Shown: positions 11,560 to 23,103, counted from the first letter of the stretch. The stretch is DNA of 33,865 bases from Jimgerdemannia flammicorona (GCA_003990765.1 RBNJ01000295.1:1-33865); one strand, 5' to 3'. A program made the numbers and translations. Notes: generated by a model not told the origin, from the sequence alone.

Positions 11560-12945
11560 TAGCTATACAATTGGAAATGAATTCCCACTCCAGAAAGAAC
11601 CCAAGAAGATACTTTATAAATTTGAGGATATTCTAGCAATAGATATTAAGAATATCAAAGGAAAGACTCTATAATACAATCATAATGCAGACATGGGGGA
11701 CATCAAACCAATCTACCAAAAAGCAAGGCCAATACTACCAGTCTATCATAAATAGCTCAGAGAAGAAATCAAGCAGATAAAAGAAGTTGGTATCAACAAA
11801 GAAGCCAGTAGTTCTTGGGTTTCACCAGTTGTACTAGCTCAGAAGAAAGGAAGCAAACCAGGAGAATTTGCCCTAAGGCTCTGTACTGATTATAGGAGTC
11901 TCAACCTAATTACTAAGAAGGATCACTAATCAATGTCTCTCATTAGCAATATTCTTATAATCTTAAGAGATGAAGCACAGTACTATAGTTCTTGAACTTA
12001 TATTCAGGATTCTATCAAATTGGTCTCACAGAAGCAGTAAGTGAGAAGTCAGCCTTCATCACTCCAGACAGAACCTATGTCTATCTGTAAATATCATATA
12101 AAATATACAAAATATTCTGCTACTATATGGAAAGATGAATAATAGTTTATATGGATGATGTGATAATCTAGAGCAAGATAGCTGAAGAACATCTGTAGTA
12201 TATCCAGCAGATAATAGAGAAGCTAAGGAAGTATGGTCTTTATATTAAGCCCAAGAAGTGTAAGTTTGCAGAAATCAAGATCTTCTATCTTAGCTATATC
12301 ATTAACTGAGATGGAACACACACAGACCCTCTCAAGATTCAAGCCATAGTAGTGTACCCAAGGCCCACAACTATCACTGAAGCCCAAGCCTTTATGGGAC
12401 TCACCTCATACTACTATAGATTTATCAAAGGATTCTCTAACATTGCAATTTCAATTTATGAACTCAACAAAAAGAATAGTAAGTTCCAGTAGACAGGCAG
12501 ACAACAAAAAGCATTCAATAAACTCAAGATTAGACTGACCCAAGCACCCATCCTCAGAAGACCTGATTGGACTCAAGAATTTATCCTGTAGACAGATGCA
12601 AGTTCATAAGGATAAGAAGCTATCCTGGCCTAGAAGAAAGATAACGTAAAGTATATTATCAAATATCTTAGTCAAGAAATTCAAGGGGCAGTAAAGAAAT
12701 ATGAATCTTATAGGTTAGAATATCTCACAGTCATCTGGGATATAGAAAAGTTCCACTACTATCTTGCTGAAAGATACTTCACTATTCAGACAGATCATTC
12801 AGCTCTCACCTAGCTACTGATCATTGGACAACTCAAAGGAATCTATATCAGATAGATTATGAAGTTGTAGACCTATGATGTAACCATTGTATACTACTTT
12901 GGAAGAACCAATGTCAATGTAGATGCACTCTTACAGACACTCTGA
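11560..12945 (+). pseudogene. Reverse transcriptase + RNase H of element B
   Basis: SSWVSPVVLAQKK, RLCTDYRSLN, SGFYQI, KSAFITP, IVYMDDVII, KPKKCKF, FMGLTSYYYRFIKGFS, APILRRPDW..EFIL*TDAS, FTIQTDHSAL, NVNVDALL. Confidence 0.94.
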
Positions 12946-12969
12946 AGGATACTCAACCAACAAATAAAC

Positions 12970-14150
12970 AATGAATAATAAGCTTTACTATAGAATTATC
13001 ACCTATCTGAGAGAGCAAAAGATACCCCAACAACCAAAAGAATGGATACAAATGATTATCAACAGAACATAGAAACAATTTAATACTGATAGAGAAATAT
13101 TGAAGAAAGGAAAGCTACTAGTTATATCAGAATATAAGAAGGAGCAAGGAATGATATCAGTACATAAACTTGGCTATCTAGAAGGAATGAATACTTATGA
13201 AAAAGCAAGAAGAACAATATAGTAATCAGAAATAGAAGAAGATATTAGACAATTTGTCAAGATCTGTGATAAATACTAGAAATTGAAACAAGACTAACAA
13301 AATCAGACCCCAGGATCAGTACACATAGAATCAATACTCTTTACACATATTGCAATAGATGTAATTGGCCCTCTACTCTTGACTTTAACTTACAACTAAT
13401 ACATCATCATTATTGTAAACCTTTTTATAAAATAGATAGAGGTAGGATACCTCAAAGAAGCCAATATATAGTTATTTACTGATTTCTTCCAAAAAGAAAT
13501 CATATGCTAATTCAAGACCTCATTGCAAGTAACTATAGACAGAGGAATCGAATTCATGAATCAGTTCTTTAAAGTCCTCTACAAGAAGCATAAGATCCAG
13601 TATATTCAGACTATAGCTTATCACTCTCAGAGAAATGGACAAGCAGAAAGAACCAATAAGACCCTCAAGAATATTATTACCAAAAACCTGAAATAACTAC
13701 AAAAATTAGAATCACTATCTGGCAATAGCATTACCCACTCTTCAGGATATCTGATCACAAAGTATCCATTTTATTTCTAGAGAAATACTGTTTAGAGAAG
13801 AAATTTCCCAAGAAACCCTATCATTCAATAGAGATGCTATATGGAAACATATAGATATGGAGATATGGAGACTATACTAAATCAGAAAGAAGGCTGAAGA
13901 TTATATAACCAAGATACAGGCACTACAATAGAATAATATGGAAGCCTCTGGAGATTATCAAGATAGGAGACAAAGTTCTAGTATATTGGTATATAGTAGA
14001 AGCTTCATGGTTACAAAAACAGAGCCTAAGTGGGAAAGACCTTACCTGGTACAAGATATGAAAGGAACTACATTTTGGCTATGAAAACTCTCTCATACAA
14101 TAATCCTCACTACTATTTACTAAAACTGATATAAGAAATATCATGGCTAA
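12970..14150 (+). pseudogene. Integrase of element B
   Basis: FVKICDKY (from CxxC), FTHIAIDVIGPL, TIDRGIEFMN, TIAYHSQRNGQAERTNKTLK, EPKWERPY (decayed GPY). Confidence 0.92.
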
Positions 14151-14602
14151 CAAACTGAGTACTGCTGCAGCCATCAAGATAACCAGTGCTGCCCAAAGTA
14201 CTATAGAAAGACAATGGTATACTACTGAGCTACCCTCTATAGAGAAATTCTTCAATAGTATCCAGAGTATAGTACAGATATACTTGTTGTGAATTTCACA
14301 TTTCAAGATCTACCAGAACTGGACCAAGTTTCAAGAATACTCAGTTAGGATAGCTACTGAATGTACAGCCAAAGATAGGAAAAGAAGACTAGATTAGAGA
14401 GTGTCAGCTCTCTTATACTTAGATTACAATTACTAAATAAGTTAATAAGTTATTCAAAGATAATAAGCCAGCCATAGCTCATTTCTGAGAAGTAGTTCCA
14501 GAAGACTTTAGATATATTAAGAGTTACCATTGGGAGAGTATAATGATACAAATTACATAGTACAAAGAGATAAAACTTATAAAAGCTTAGGAGTTTAAGT
14601 AA
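14143..14602 (+). pseudogene. Extra ORF3 of element B, ~150 codons, unknown function
   Basis: ATG overlaps the end of pol (CATGGCTAA). Reads MANKLSTAAAIKITSAAQSTIERQWYTTELPSIEKFF...YQNWTKFQEY...VVPEDFRYIKSYHWESI...EFK* with stops and one apparent frameshift, ending just before the PPT. Confidence 0.55.
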
Positions 14603-14643
14603 ATAGGATATTTCAGAGACAAATCACCTATTCAGAAGGAAGT

Positions 14644-15136
14644 TGTGACAGTTAATCCAAATTAGAAACATGAATCAGAGGAACAGATATTTGATCATGG
14701 TATCTAAATACAATTCCCTAATATTGTATAGCCTTATAAATAGTAGTTATTTTATAAATTTTAAAGTTTTAATAAATGTTAAAGTATTTACAAATGTCAA
14801 GATTTTACAGATGTTAAAGTTTTGACAATTATCAAGATTTAATAGAGATCAAGGTTTAATACTTGTGAAAAGTGACTTACATGAAATATAGTCATAACTT
14901 AACTATCTTATAGCTAGCAAACTTATATAAATATCTCCAATATCTAGAGTGAATAAACCTCTGATCAAAATAGTTCAAAGTAAAGATAAAACAAGAGAAC
15001 TAGTAAGCCTTTACACAGATATATTTTGAACTCACCCACCCCTATATTTTAAGAACTCTACAGAGTCAAAGAAGATCAAGTTTTTATAATACAGAAATCT
15101 GACATACTTATATAGTTATACATCCACTATATTACA
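14644..15136 (+). repeat. 3' LTR of element B (~0.49 kb)
   Basis: TGTGACA...TATTACA ends; preceded by purine tract AGAAGGAAG; contains TATATAAA and AATAAA; 3' part duplicated at 8774-8966. Confidence 0.85.
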
Positions 15137-17055
15137 ATATAAAGTCCAACTTCTTTAATATTTGTTATAATGAAATAGTATCTTTTATTATTGTGGGCAA
15201 TGCTTGATATTTAGCTTATATAGATTATATTACTACTGAGCTCTGCTTGCAATATAACTCCTTTATTTAATTAAAAGAAATATCTAGTTATAAATCAATA
15301 ATTATTAAAATCTCTAGCCCAATTAGTATAAAAAGTACCAGATAGCTAGATACTATTACTCTTATTATTACTCTTACTTAATTCCATGGCTCTACTCAAT
15401 ATAAATATATAGTATACTAATCTCTTTAAGTATCTAAAAATCCTCTTGATTGCTGATCAGTATGAGTTATTATAGTATGAATAATACTGTACTACTTTAT
15501 TGATAGTTTAGAATATATCAGACCTCATTTAAAGTATAAGATATGTTAGGGAACTGAATAGAGCTTCTTTAACTCCATTAAATCTATTGTTTTTTATAAT
15601 AATGATATATCAACTCAAATATCTATAAAAGCAACTCTATTAGTATATTATTATAAACTATTATTAAGGAGATATTTATTAATTTTTCAGTTATATAGAT
15701 TGACTGCTTGCTTAATATTATCTAACTCTTTATATAGTACCTTTATATAGTTTATATACTAACTTGTTATTCTAGTCTAATATTCTCAATAAATTGAATT
15801 AAATTAAATTTGACTGAAATTCAATTAGATTCAATTAAATTAAAGACTAATTCAATTCAAAATATAATAACTTAACAAATATATATCCAAATTTAACCAT
15901 TTTTAACTTATTAGATTCTACTATATAGAGTAAATATAATAAGCAAAAAATTATTAAATTTGGATGTGATTTTGTCAAGTTATTGCATTCCTAAAAATAG
16001 TATTCAAATTGGACCCTTGATTTGATTTGATTTGTTTAGAAGTACTATTCTGACCATTATATAGCTCATATTCTTATAGCTAGTAAATGTATAACTCTAT
16101 ATATATCTACATATATTATTGTTGAAAAAGGCTATCTTTATATTTATCTGATAGATTTCCAGATTGTATAGTATCCAAATTATAAGAAGTATTCTCAGAA
16201 AAGTAAGTTTAAATGGTAGAGAAAATGTCTTATTATCATTAATACTAAAATCTTATAAATAATCCTTAGTAATGAAATGTACTTTGAATAATTCTACAAT
16301 TTGATAACTTTTGCAATTAGTCTTATAGACTAAATGAGATCCAATGGTCTGTCAATTGGCCAAAAGTAGTATCAGATCCTACATTCTATTCTTGATAAGT
16401 AAATTATTCTCTTCATCTATAGCTCATTTATATTTCTTATTGTTAGGAGAGATTATTATTTTATTATATATACTTATCATATTGGAAGTTGGGATAAGTA
16501 TATATTTATATACTTCAGCATAACTCATATAGTCTGTCTGAGACTTACTAGTATATTCTAATAACTTTCTAATTCAGAATATATCTCATTTCTGAGCTTA
16601 TGCTTTAGCTTTTACTTACTCTTACTCTTAATAGATCTCTTATCACTGGAGGCTTTATTGTTATCTTTATTATTGATTTCTATTATCCTTGGCTCAGATA
16701 ACACTATTAGCTGTAAATAATTTTCAATCAACTGCATTTGAAAATATTTTTCTTTACTGCTAAAAGTTGGAGATAGAAATAATAATTATCCTGACTACTA
16801 TATTTATACTGACTGAGATAAAGAGGTTTTGATAAATACAACTATATAAATCTCCTGATTGTTATCTTTCTTAAATATAATATTACATAAGATTACTATT
16901 GATACTTATATAGATTTCACAGTCTATATAATTTATTATAATATATAAAAAATATGTATCTATCTATCTTAGACTCAAACTTATAAAATTTTTTTTTTTT
17001 ATAGCTACTTGGACTTTCACTTTATTATCTGATTACTAATCTATATTATATTAAT
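15137..17055 (-). mobile_element. Highly decayed Ty1/Copia pol relic (integrase C-terminus, RT, RNase H)
   Basis: Minus-strand translation in Copia order IN>RT>RH: KFESKIDRYIF..YRL*N (IN C-terminus); AIDEENNLLIKNRM*DL..TIGSHLVYK..FKVHFITKDYL*DFSINDNKTFS; LRILL..NLEIYQINIKIAFFNNN (decayed DLEIHQMDVKTAFLNG); SLTYL..RSDI; SAIKRIFRYLK; TNWARD..KQSSVV..AKYQAL. The YVDD region appears deleted. Confidence 0.88.
15778..16048. mobile_element. MITE-like foldback element inserted in the Copia RT
   Basis: ~50 bp imperfect inverted repeat (15862-15913 vs 15938-15990) flanked by mutually inverted (RAATT)n/(GATTT)n arrays; a related copy lies at 21718-21949. Confidence 0.7.
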
Positions 17056-17168
17056 ACATATCACGAAAATCACTAGAGATATCTGGCTGATCTGGATACA
17101 ATTTAGCAGTCACAATCTAGAGCAGAGACACGTTATTGAGAGGCCAGGTGTGATAACCAAGAACAGCT

Positions 17169-17233
17169 TCTGGATATACATTGGATATACATCTGGATAT
17201 ACATCTGGATATGCATCTGGATATATATCTGGA
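17169..17233 (+). repeat. 12-bp tandem repeat TCTGGATATACA, ~5 copies
   Basis: Directly visible; it explains the SGYT repeats in ORF 17150-17575. Confidence 0.9.
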
Positions 17234-17429
17234 TCTGTGCAAAAAAATATTTTGCTATGGTTTTCGAACTATCTTAGAGCTCTCAAAATTACACCCAGAT
17301 ATGCCAATTTTTCTGTTCTAGTTTTTGTACAATCCTACCCAGATAAAATGCAGATGCTTCATACATATATGTATATTTTACAATTACAGATATTACAATT
17401 GTATGAAATAATTGCCATAAAGAATACAA

Positions 17430-17690
17430 CAGATGATAGACTGCAGACGAGAACTGCAGGATGTAAAATGATTCAAACACAAGACAGTAATAGACTGCAA
17501 AATGATGATAATGGACTGAAAAATGATAATAAACTGCAAGACAAAGATATTGCAAGATTATGGAGTGTAAGATAACAGACAGCAAGATGATGGACAGTTA
17601 GATAATAGACAGCAAGATGATGAATAGACAGTGAGATGACAGATGGCAGATGGCAAGATGACAGACAGTAAGATGACAGATAGCATAATG
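17430..17690 (+). repeat. Degenerate ~15-18 bp tandem array (GATGAYAGACAGCAA)
   Basis: Repeated GATGATAGACTGCA / GATGACAGACAGTAA units. Confidence 0.75.
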
Positions 17691-17777
17691 TAGAATATAA
17701 AATTATTAAATTATATATTAAAACTATAATTCAGTAACTGAATATCAAATGGAATGAAAATGAAATCTTACTTGAAT

Positions 17778-19520
17778 TCAAATCCAGTCATCTAATATAT
17801 CTGAGATGTTGGATTCTGAATATTCATCAGCTATATCTAACCTTGAACTTGTTTCAGATACTGCAACCACCTGCTTCTATAGAGCCTCGAGATCTAGTTT
17901 CTCCTTATCAACCATATTCTGAATTCGCTTCATCCACTTGTGGTATCTAGGTGATTCCATCTTGTCTTCAAACTTCTCTATCAGACCATTAATACACAGA
18001 TGCTCTAACTATAAATATAATTTAAATAAAAGTTATTACCTGATCTGTAATTAAATTGGATTGCATTAGAACTTAAAAAAACTTACCAGACTACAGACAA
18101 ATGCAATCTGAGATACTGTAATATCTAATGACATATTCTTAAATCAGGGCTTTTCTCTGAACCACAACAACTGAAAGACAGAGATAATATATAGAGAGTA
18201 GAAAGGTTCTCATGCTAGTGCCAGAATAATAGGATGTCCATCATAATTATGCCTAATGTTTCCCTCTTCATCCATATCATATATTGGTGGTATATAAATG
18301 AATCAGACATTTGGACTACCCTCTGGACCAGCTAGAGGCTGCAATGCCTTCTGTTTGATCTTTTAGAGGTGTATTGCTTGGTAACTGAAGGTTGATGTCC
18401 AAGAATAATGTACTTAGAAAACTGACACAACATTCTTTTGCTTTACTCTGAGTTTGCGAAATCTCTCTAATGATCTATATAGTGAAAAAGAAATAAATAG
18501 TGTTCCAAATAAACAACAATTGATCAATCAAACTATGTTAAATAGATTTGAGAACAGATCTGGTTCTGTCCCACTCAAAATCAGAATACTACATATAAAT
18601 GAAATATGCTTACCTGAGAAGAAAGATCTTGCTCATCATCAATAACATGAGGTACCAGAGAGATAATTTTTTTGCTGAAATTTTTCTGCTCTATAATGTC
18701 AGGCCAGGCATTCTCTAAGAAGATGAAGTTGTGAACTTGTTGTATAGCCCACTTCTACAGAGTGTCACTCCATCTATGTTTCATAAGTATGGTATCAACT
18801 TTAACTTTTCTATAGTGTGTCTTGGTACTATAAATAGACATATTGATAAGCACCAATATCTGAATTAATGCCAGATATTGTGTTGAAATCCTTACAATAC
18901 ATGACATTAATGTTAGTGAATTATACTTACTTCTGAAGAACAGGTATCTTGGTCACAAGATTGGTATTCATCACCGAGACTTTCTATGGTCCCATAAATT
19001 GCTCTGGTTGTAGATCTGAATGATGCAGTGGACTTGAATGATGCGGATATAGTGGACTTGAATGATGCAGATGTGGTGGACTTGAATGATGCAGATGTGG
19101 TAGACTTGAATAACATAGATGTGGGGGACTTGAATGATGTGGATGCAGTGGAATTGAATGATGCAGATGTAGTGGACTTGAACGATGTAGTAGACTTGAA
19201 TGATATAGTGAACTTGAATGATATGGTGGACTTAAATTATATAGTGGACTTGAACAACACAGACGAGGGGGACCTAAATGATGTGGTAGATTTGAATGGC
19301 TCACCATGGCTCGATCCTATATATCAATGTGTTGGGGAAGCAAATCGTCATCTTCCACAGAAAGTCCGAGTGGACCCAAATGATGTAGTAGACCCAAATG
19401 ATGTGGTAGACTTGAACAATGTAGCAGACTTGAACTTGAATGATGCAGTGAACTTGTTGGGCAATGTGATGAGTTATTATCTTCCAAATCAGCATCCTCC
19501 AAGTTATCATTCACAATAAT
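17778..19520 (-). pseudogene. Spliced pseudogene, DUF6532-like fungal protein with a low-complexity Ser/Pro/(Arg) N-terminus; 5' truncated
   Basis: Phase-compatible GT-AG exons 19520-18931, 18827-18614, 18474-18087, 18008-17778. Reads FIFLENAWPD..IIREISQTQSKAK..EPFYSLYIISVFQLLWF..IAFVCSL/LEHLCING..RYHKWM. Contains in-frame stops and one frameshift. The family call is by-eye pattern resemblance only. Confidence 0.65.
19010..19290 (+). repeat. Tandem repeat of 24-bp and 15-bp units (GTGGACTTGAATGATGCAGATGTG)
   Basis: Directly visible; further copies at 19370-19455. It encodes the HHSSPPHL repeats of the minus-strand pseudogene. Confidence 0.9.
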
Positions 19521-19546
19521 CTGCAACATAATTCAGACGTTTGACA

Positions 19547-19980
19547 ATGCCCCCCTACTCGACTCGAAACCTCCGCTACCTGCGCCTGTCGAAAAACCAA
19601 GCCATCCAGCTCCTGCTCAACCTCAAACAGGAGCATCTGGAATGGTTCAACGACCGTATCTTCCAGCACATTCTCGCGGCCCTGCAGCCCCTCCTGTGCA
19701 ACGCGCTTGTCAGAGATAGGGACGCGAAGGAGAGTTCCAAGGTCGCTCAGGTGTTTCGCGGCCGTAGGAATTGTTCTTGTCCGTCGGCTCGTTTGGTTCT
19801 CCGCCACCACCGTTGCGGGACGCGCTCACCCAGTCGTTTATCATTCATACAATAGCTGATTTTCAGTTTGCATATTATCTCAAGCCGACAGACAATCAGC
19901 ACCACATATTAGTGAAGGTGAAAATTATTGATTGCCAACGACGCACAATACCTCTTTACCGTTTGAGAATGAATATTTAT

Positions 19981-20015
<35 letters not shown>

Positions 20016-20445
20016 CCTCTGATGTAAATACAACGTTCGGAGCTTCACCTCTCGTCCTACTTACTCACCTTCCATACGATCATCTTACAACTAGAACAAA
20101 AACTACATATTTCCCGAAAAACCCACCACCGCCTCTGCCGCCGGTCCCTCCAAACCCTCCAAATCCGGCAAGCCAACCTCGGACGATGATTACTTCGACG
20201 ACGACCTGAATGAAGCCGAGGAGCCCGAGGAGAAGCCGACCTTGCATGTTACCTACTCGGGCTTCACCATCCACCCCAAAACCCTGATGGTCGTAGCCGA
20301 GCCATACGACCCGAGCAGGCCGTCGCGTGCACCCCAGTACCACGGGTTTGAGTACGAGGGAAACGAGGATGAGGTGGTGGGTGAGGAAAGGGCGGTGGAT
20401 GCGGGTGTTGGGTCGAGTCGTAGGGATGCAGATACGGGAGGGTGA
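19547..20445 (+). CDS. Conserved fungal hypothetical protein, 209 aa, 3 exons (19547-19763, 19856-19917, 20095-20445); possibly SLX4IP-like
   Basis: Phase-compatible GT-AG introns give MPPYSTRNLRYLRLSKNQAIQLLLNLKQEHLEWFNDRIFQHILAALQP..FRGPDFQFAYYLKPTDNQHHILVKNK..EEKPTLHVTYSGFTIHPKTLMVVAEPY; GC/CpG-rich with no internal stops. Confidence 0.85.
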
Positions 20446-20764
20446 TGCTGAAGTCGGGTGTGGGTATGTAGGGCATTGTTGATCAAAACGATGGCGTGTC
20501 TACTGTTGCAACTGTTACCTTTTTTGATTGGGAGTTCTTTTGCTTGGGCTTCCGTCGCTACTCTCAAGGATGGCGGTCAGTGCCTAGCGGCTATGTAGTG
20601 TGAGGGACTAGATATACGATACATTTTTAAACAATTTGAGAAAGGATAGATACGAGAGCGCGATTTTAATGATATATCGCAATGCCTAGGTAGCTATTGA
20701 CGAGTGGGGAGGGGGATCCGAGGGGCATTGGCTGAGGGATTGTGGGTACATATGTTGTATTATC

Positions 20765-21052
20765 TATAGACTGAGTGGTAATAAATGGAAGTCCAAGTGA
20801 CTATTAAAAAAAATAAAATAAAATAAAATAGGTAGCTATTGACCATAGGGCCACATATTTCTGAGCTCCTAACAGAATCCCTGAGGATCCCCGATGCCTG
20901 AAGCCGTTGTCCTGAGGCGTTCTGCGAATCCGGCAAGAAGAGCATCGGTTACGGATATGGAGCTAGAATGCACTTGCGGGATAGCCTATCCCTGATCTGG
21001 CGTTTTGGGGTTCAGTTCTTATTAAGGCTTGTTCCGGTATTTCGCATCATCT

Positions 21053-21096
<44 letters not shown>

Positions 21097-21131
21097 GTCT
21101 CTTGGACTGCCCTTTATTACCGAAGTCTATA
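20765..21131. mobile_element. MITE with ~45 bp terminal inverted repeats
   Basis: Left TATAGACTGAGTGGTAATAAATGGAAGTCCAAGTGACTATTAAAAAA vs reverse complement of the right end TATAGACTTCGGTAATAAAGGGCAGTCCAAGAGACTATAAAAAA; TA at both ends; A-tract and T-tract immediately inside. Confidence 0.8.
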
Positions 21132-21717
21132 ATGTATACAGTACAATGTCACCCCTATTCTCATCCAACACCCTGGGGGCCCAAACCCTCCCTCTCATCC
21201 TCCCCCTGCCTGAGCACTACCTAATTACCCACTACCTGAACCCTCCCACCACTCTTCTGGGTGATACGCTGCACCAGACCCCTGCGGTACCCCCCACCCA
21301 TCCCCCAACCCGCCACCAACTATTCAAAATATCCAACATCAACCATTCCCACCTAGCCATCTTGTCACCAACCCTGACCCGGTGCCCTCCCTCAAATACT
21401 ACATCATCTTCCTCTCGTCGACTGCAGTTCCGCACACATTTATTTCATGTTTGTTTTCCTTTCCCCTCGTGGAGGATCCAAACGGAAGGACCATCTCGAA
21501 GCATATTCCATTCCACTACCTTGTCTCCGTCAGTCCTGATCTGGCCTCGAGCCCTGGCTTGTAGCAAATCATTGTAGCTGTAATGTTCTGATGGAAGGGG
21601 ATTGTGGGAGAAAATTAATATGTAACTAATAATAAATAAAGAGAGCACTAAATTATTCAGAAGAATAAAAAAAATACTAATATAAAATTTGAGATATCTA
21701 GAACTGAAAGATATAAA

Positions 21718-21949
21718 TAGTACTTTCAAATAAATTGAATTGAATTGATTCCAATCAAATTGAATTGAGATCTAATTTGATTAAAGATTGAGAGTCAAAC
21801 TTTGAAATACAGTAACTTGACTAAAAATATATCTATATTTGATGATCTTTATTATGTTAGATTCATCTAGATAAGATAAATTTAATAAGTTAAAATTTTA
21901 AATTAAATTAAATTGAAGTTTAATTTAATTTAATTTAATCTAAATACTA
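21718..21949. mobile_element. Second, internally deleted copy of the MITE family at 15778-16048
   Basis: TAGTACTT-(GAATT)n start, shared core AAATACAGTAACTTGACTAAAAATATATCTATATTTGA...TTAGATTC, and (AATTT)n...TACTA end. Confidence 0.65.
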
Positions 21950-23103
21950 AATATAAACTTAAATAAATATTTATAAATAATAAGTAAAAAGATATATTGA
22001 ACTATTAATCTTTATAATTTTATTTATTATATTTCTCTTTTACTTAATATAATAATAAATATATTTAATAATAATATATAAACTTTAATTAAATAAAAGA
22101 AAAAAATTAAATATAAAATTAAATATAGAGATATTTACTTTTTTTATTTTTATTTTTTTTTTATTTTTTTTTTATTTTTTTAATGAACTCAAAGTTTTGC
22201 AGATTTTTATTGAAAGAAAACCTAGACTATATAGATCAAAACTCTCTCTCACTCTTCTCTAAGTACTATACCCTTATTAACCTAGACTAGCTATTATTTA
22301 GTAGCTCAACTATATTAGATACAGTTAGGCATTACTGCTTATATCTCATTCTATATACTATACTCTTTCTATTATTAGAGAGAAAGTAATCATATATTAA
22401 TAACTGAAGGCATATATCTGAAATTTCAATATATATATATATAAGATTATACTCAAGTCAATTTACATAGCCCCTACTATCCTAAGTAAAGTGATAGATA
22501 AAGAAAACCCTCTCTCAAAGTATAAAATAGTAGATAGAATCTAGTTCTTTCCAATGAGGTGAGTAGAGAACTTACATATAAGATAGGAAGAGATCTCTAA
22601 TATTCTACTACTCATATCTATAGATCTCAATTATATTGCTATATTAACTCTCAGTTCTAGTTAAGTATAGCTAAGATGTCTGATCTGGATAGTCTTAAGT
22701 CTCTCAATAATTCTCAAGTAATATTATAATATACTGAGAGTAGTCAAAAATGAAACCTATTATTTAACTATCTCACACTAATCAGAAGATCTTACTAATA
22801 TAGTATCTACCTTAGCCCCAATAACTATTACCAGTTTAACATCTAACTAGTTCACTATAATTATTCTTCTATCTATCTATAATAGCTATCTTCTCTCTTA
22901 TTTTTAAGAAATAGTTATCTATATTAGAACTGTACTTACTAAAAAGCTCACCAAAGCTCAGAGAGCTCTATTATAGATACTGAGAACCTATAGATAATCT
23001 ATACTGACACTTGATATCCAAGGTCAGCTAACTCTCTATATAATCCATAATATACTAAAATAATATCTTATTAATAATAATAAAAGAAAGAAGATATAGT
23101 ATA

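Larger units (their letters stand above)
8774..15136 (+). mobile_element. Degenerate Ty3/Gypsy LTR retrotransposon B (5' LTR interrupted by element A)
   Basis: 8774-8966 matches 14944-15136; gag-PR-dUTPase-RT-RH-IN order; PBS-like and PPT sites are present. Confidence 0.93.

Noticed and set aside
17150..17585. ORFs of 141 aa and 98 aa
   Set aside because: Produced by 12-bp and 15-18-bp tandem repeats; no recognisable domain.
19028..19519. Plus-strand 163 aa DLNDADVV repeat ORF
   Set aside because: It is the antisense reading of a tandem repeat belonging to the spliced minus-strand pseudogene; it has no ATG start or independent gene structure.
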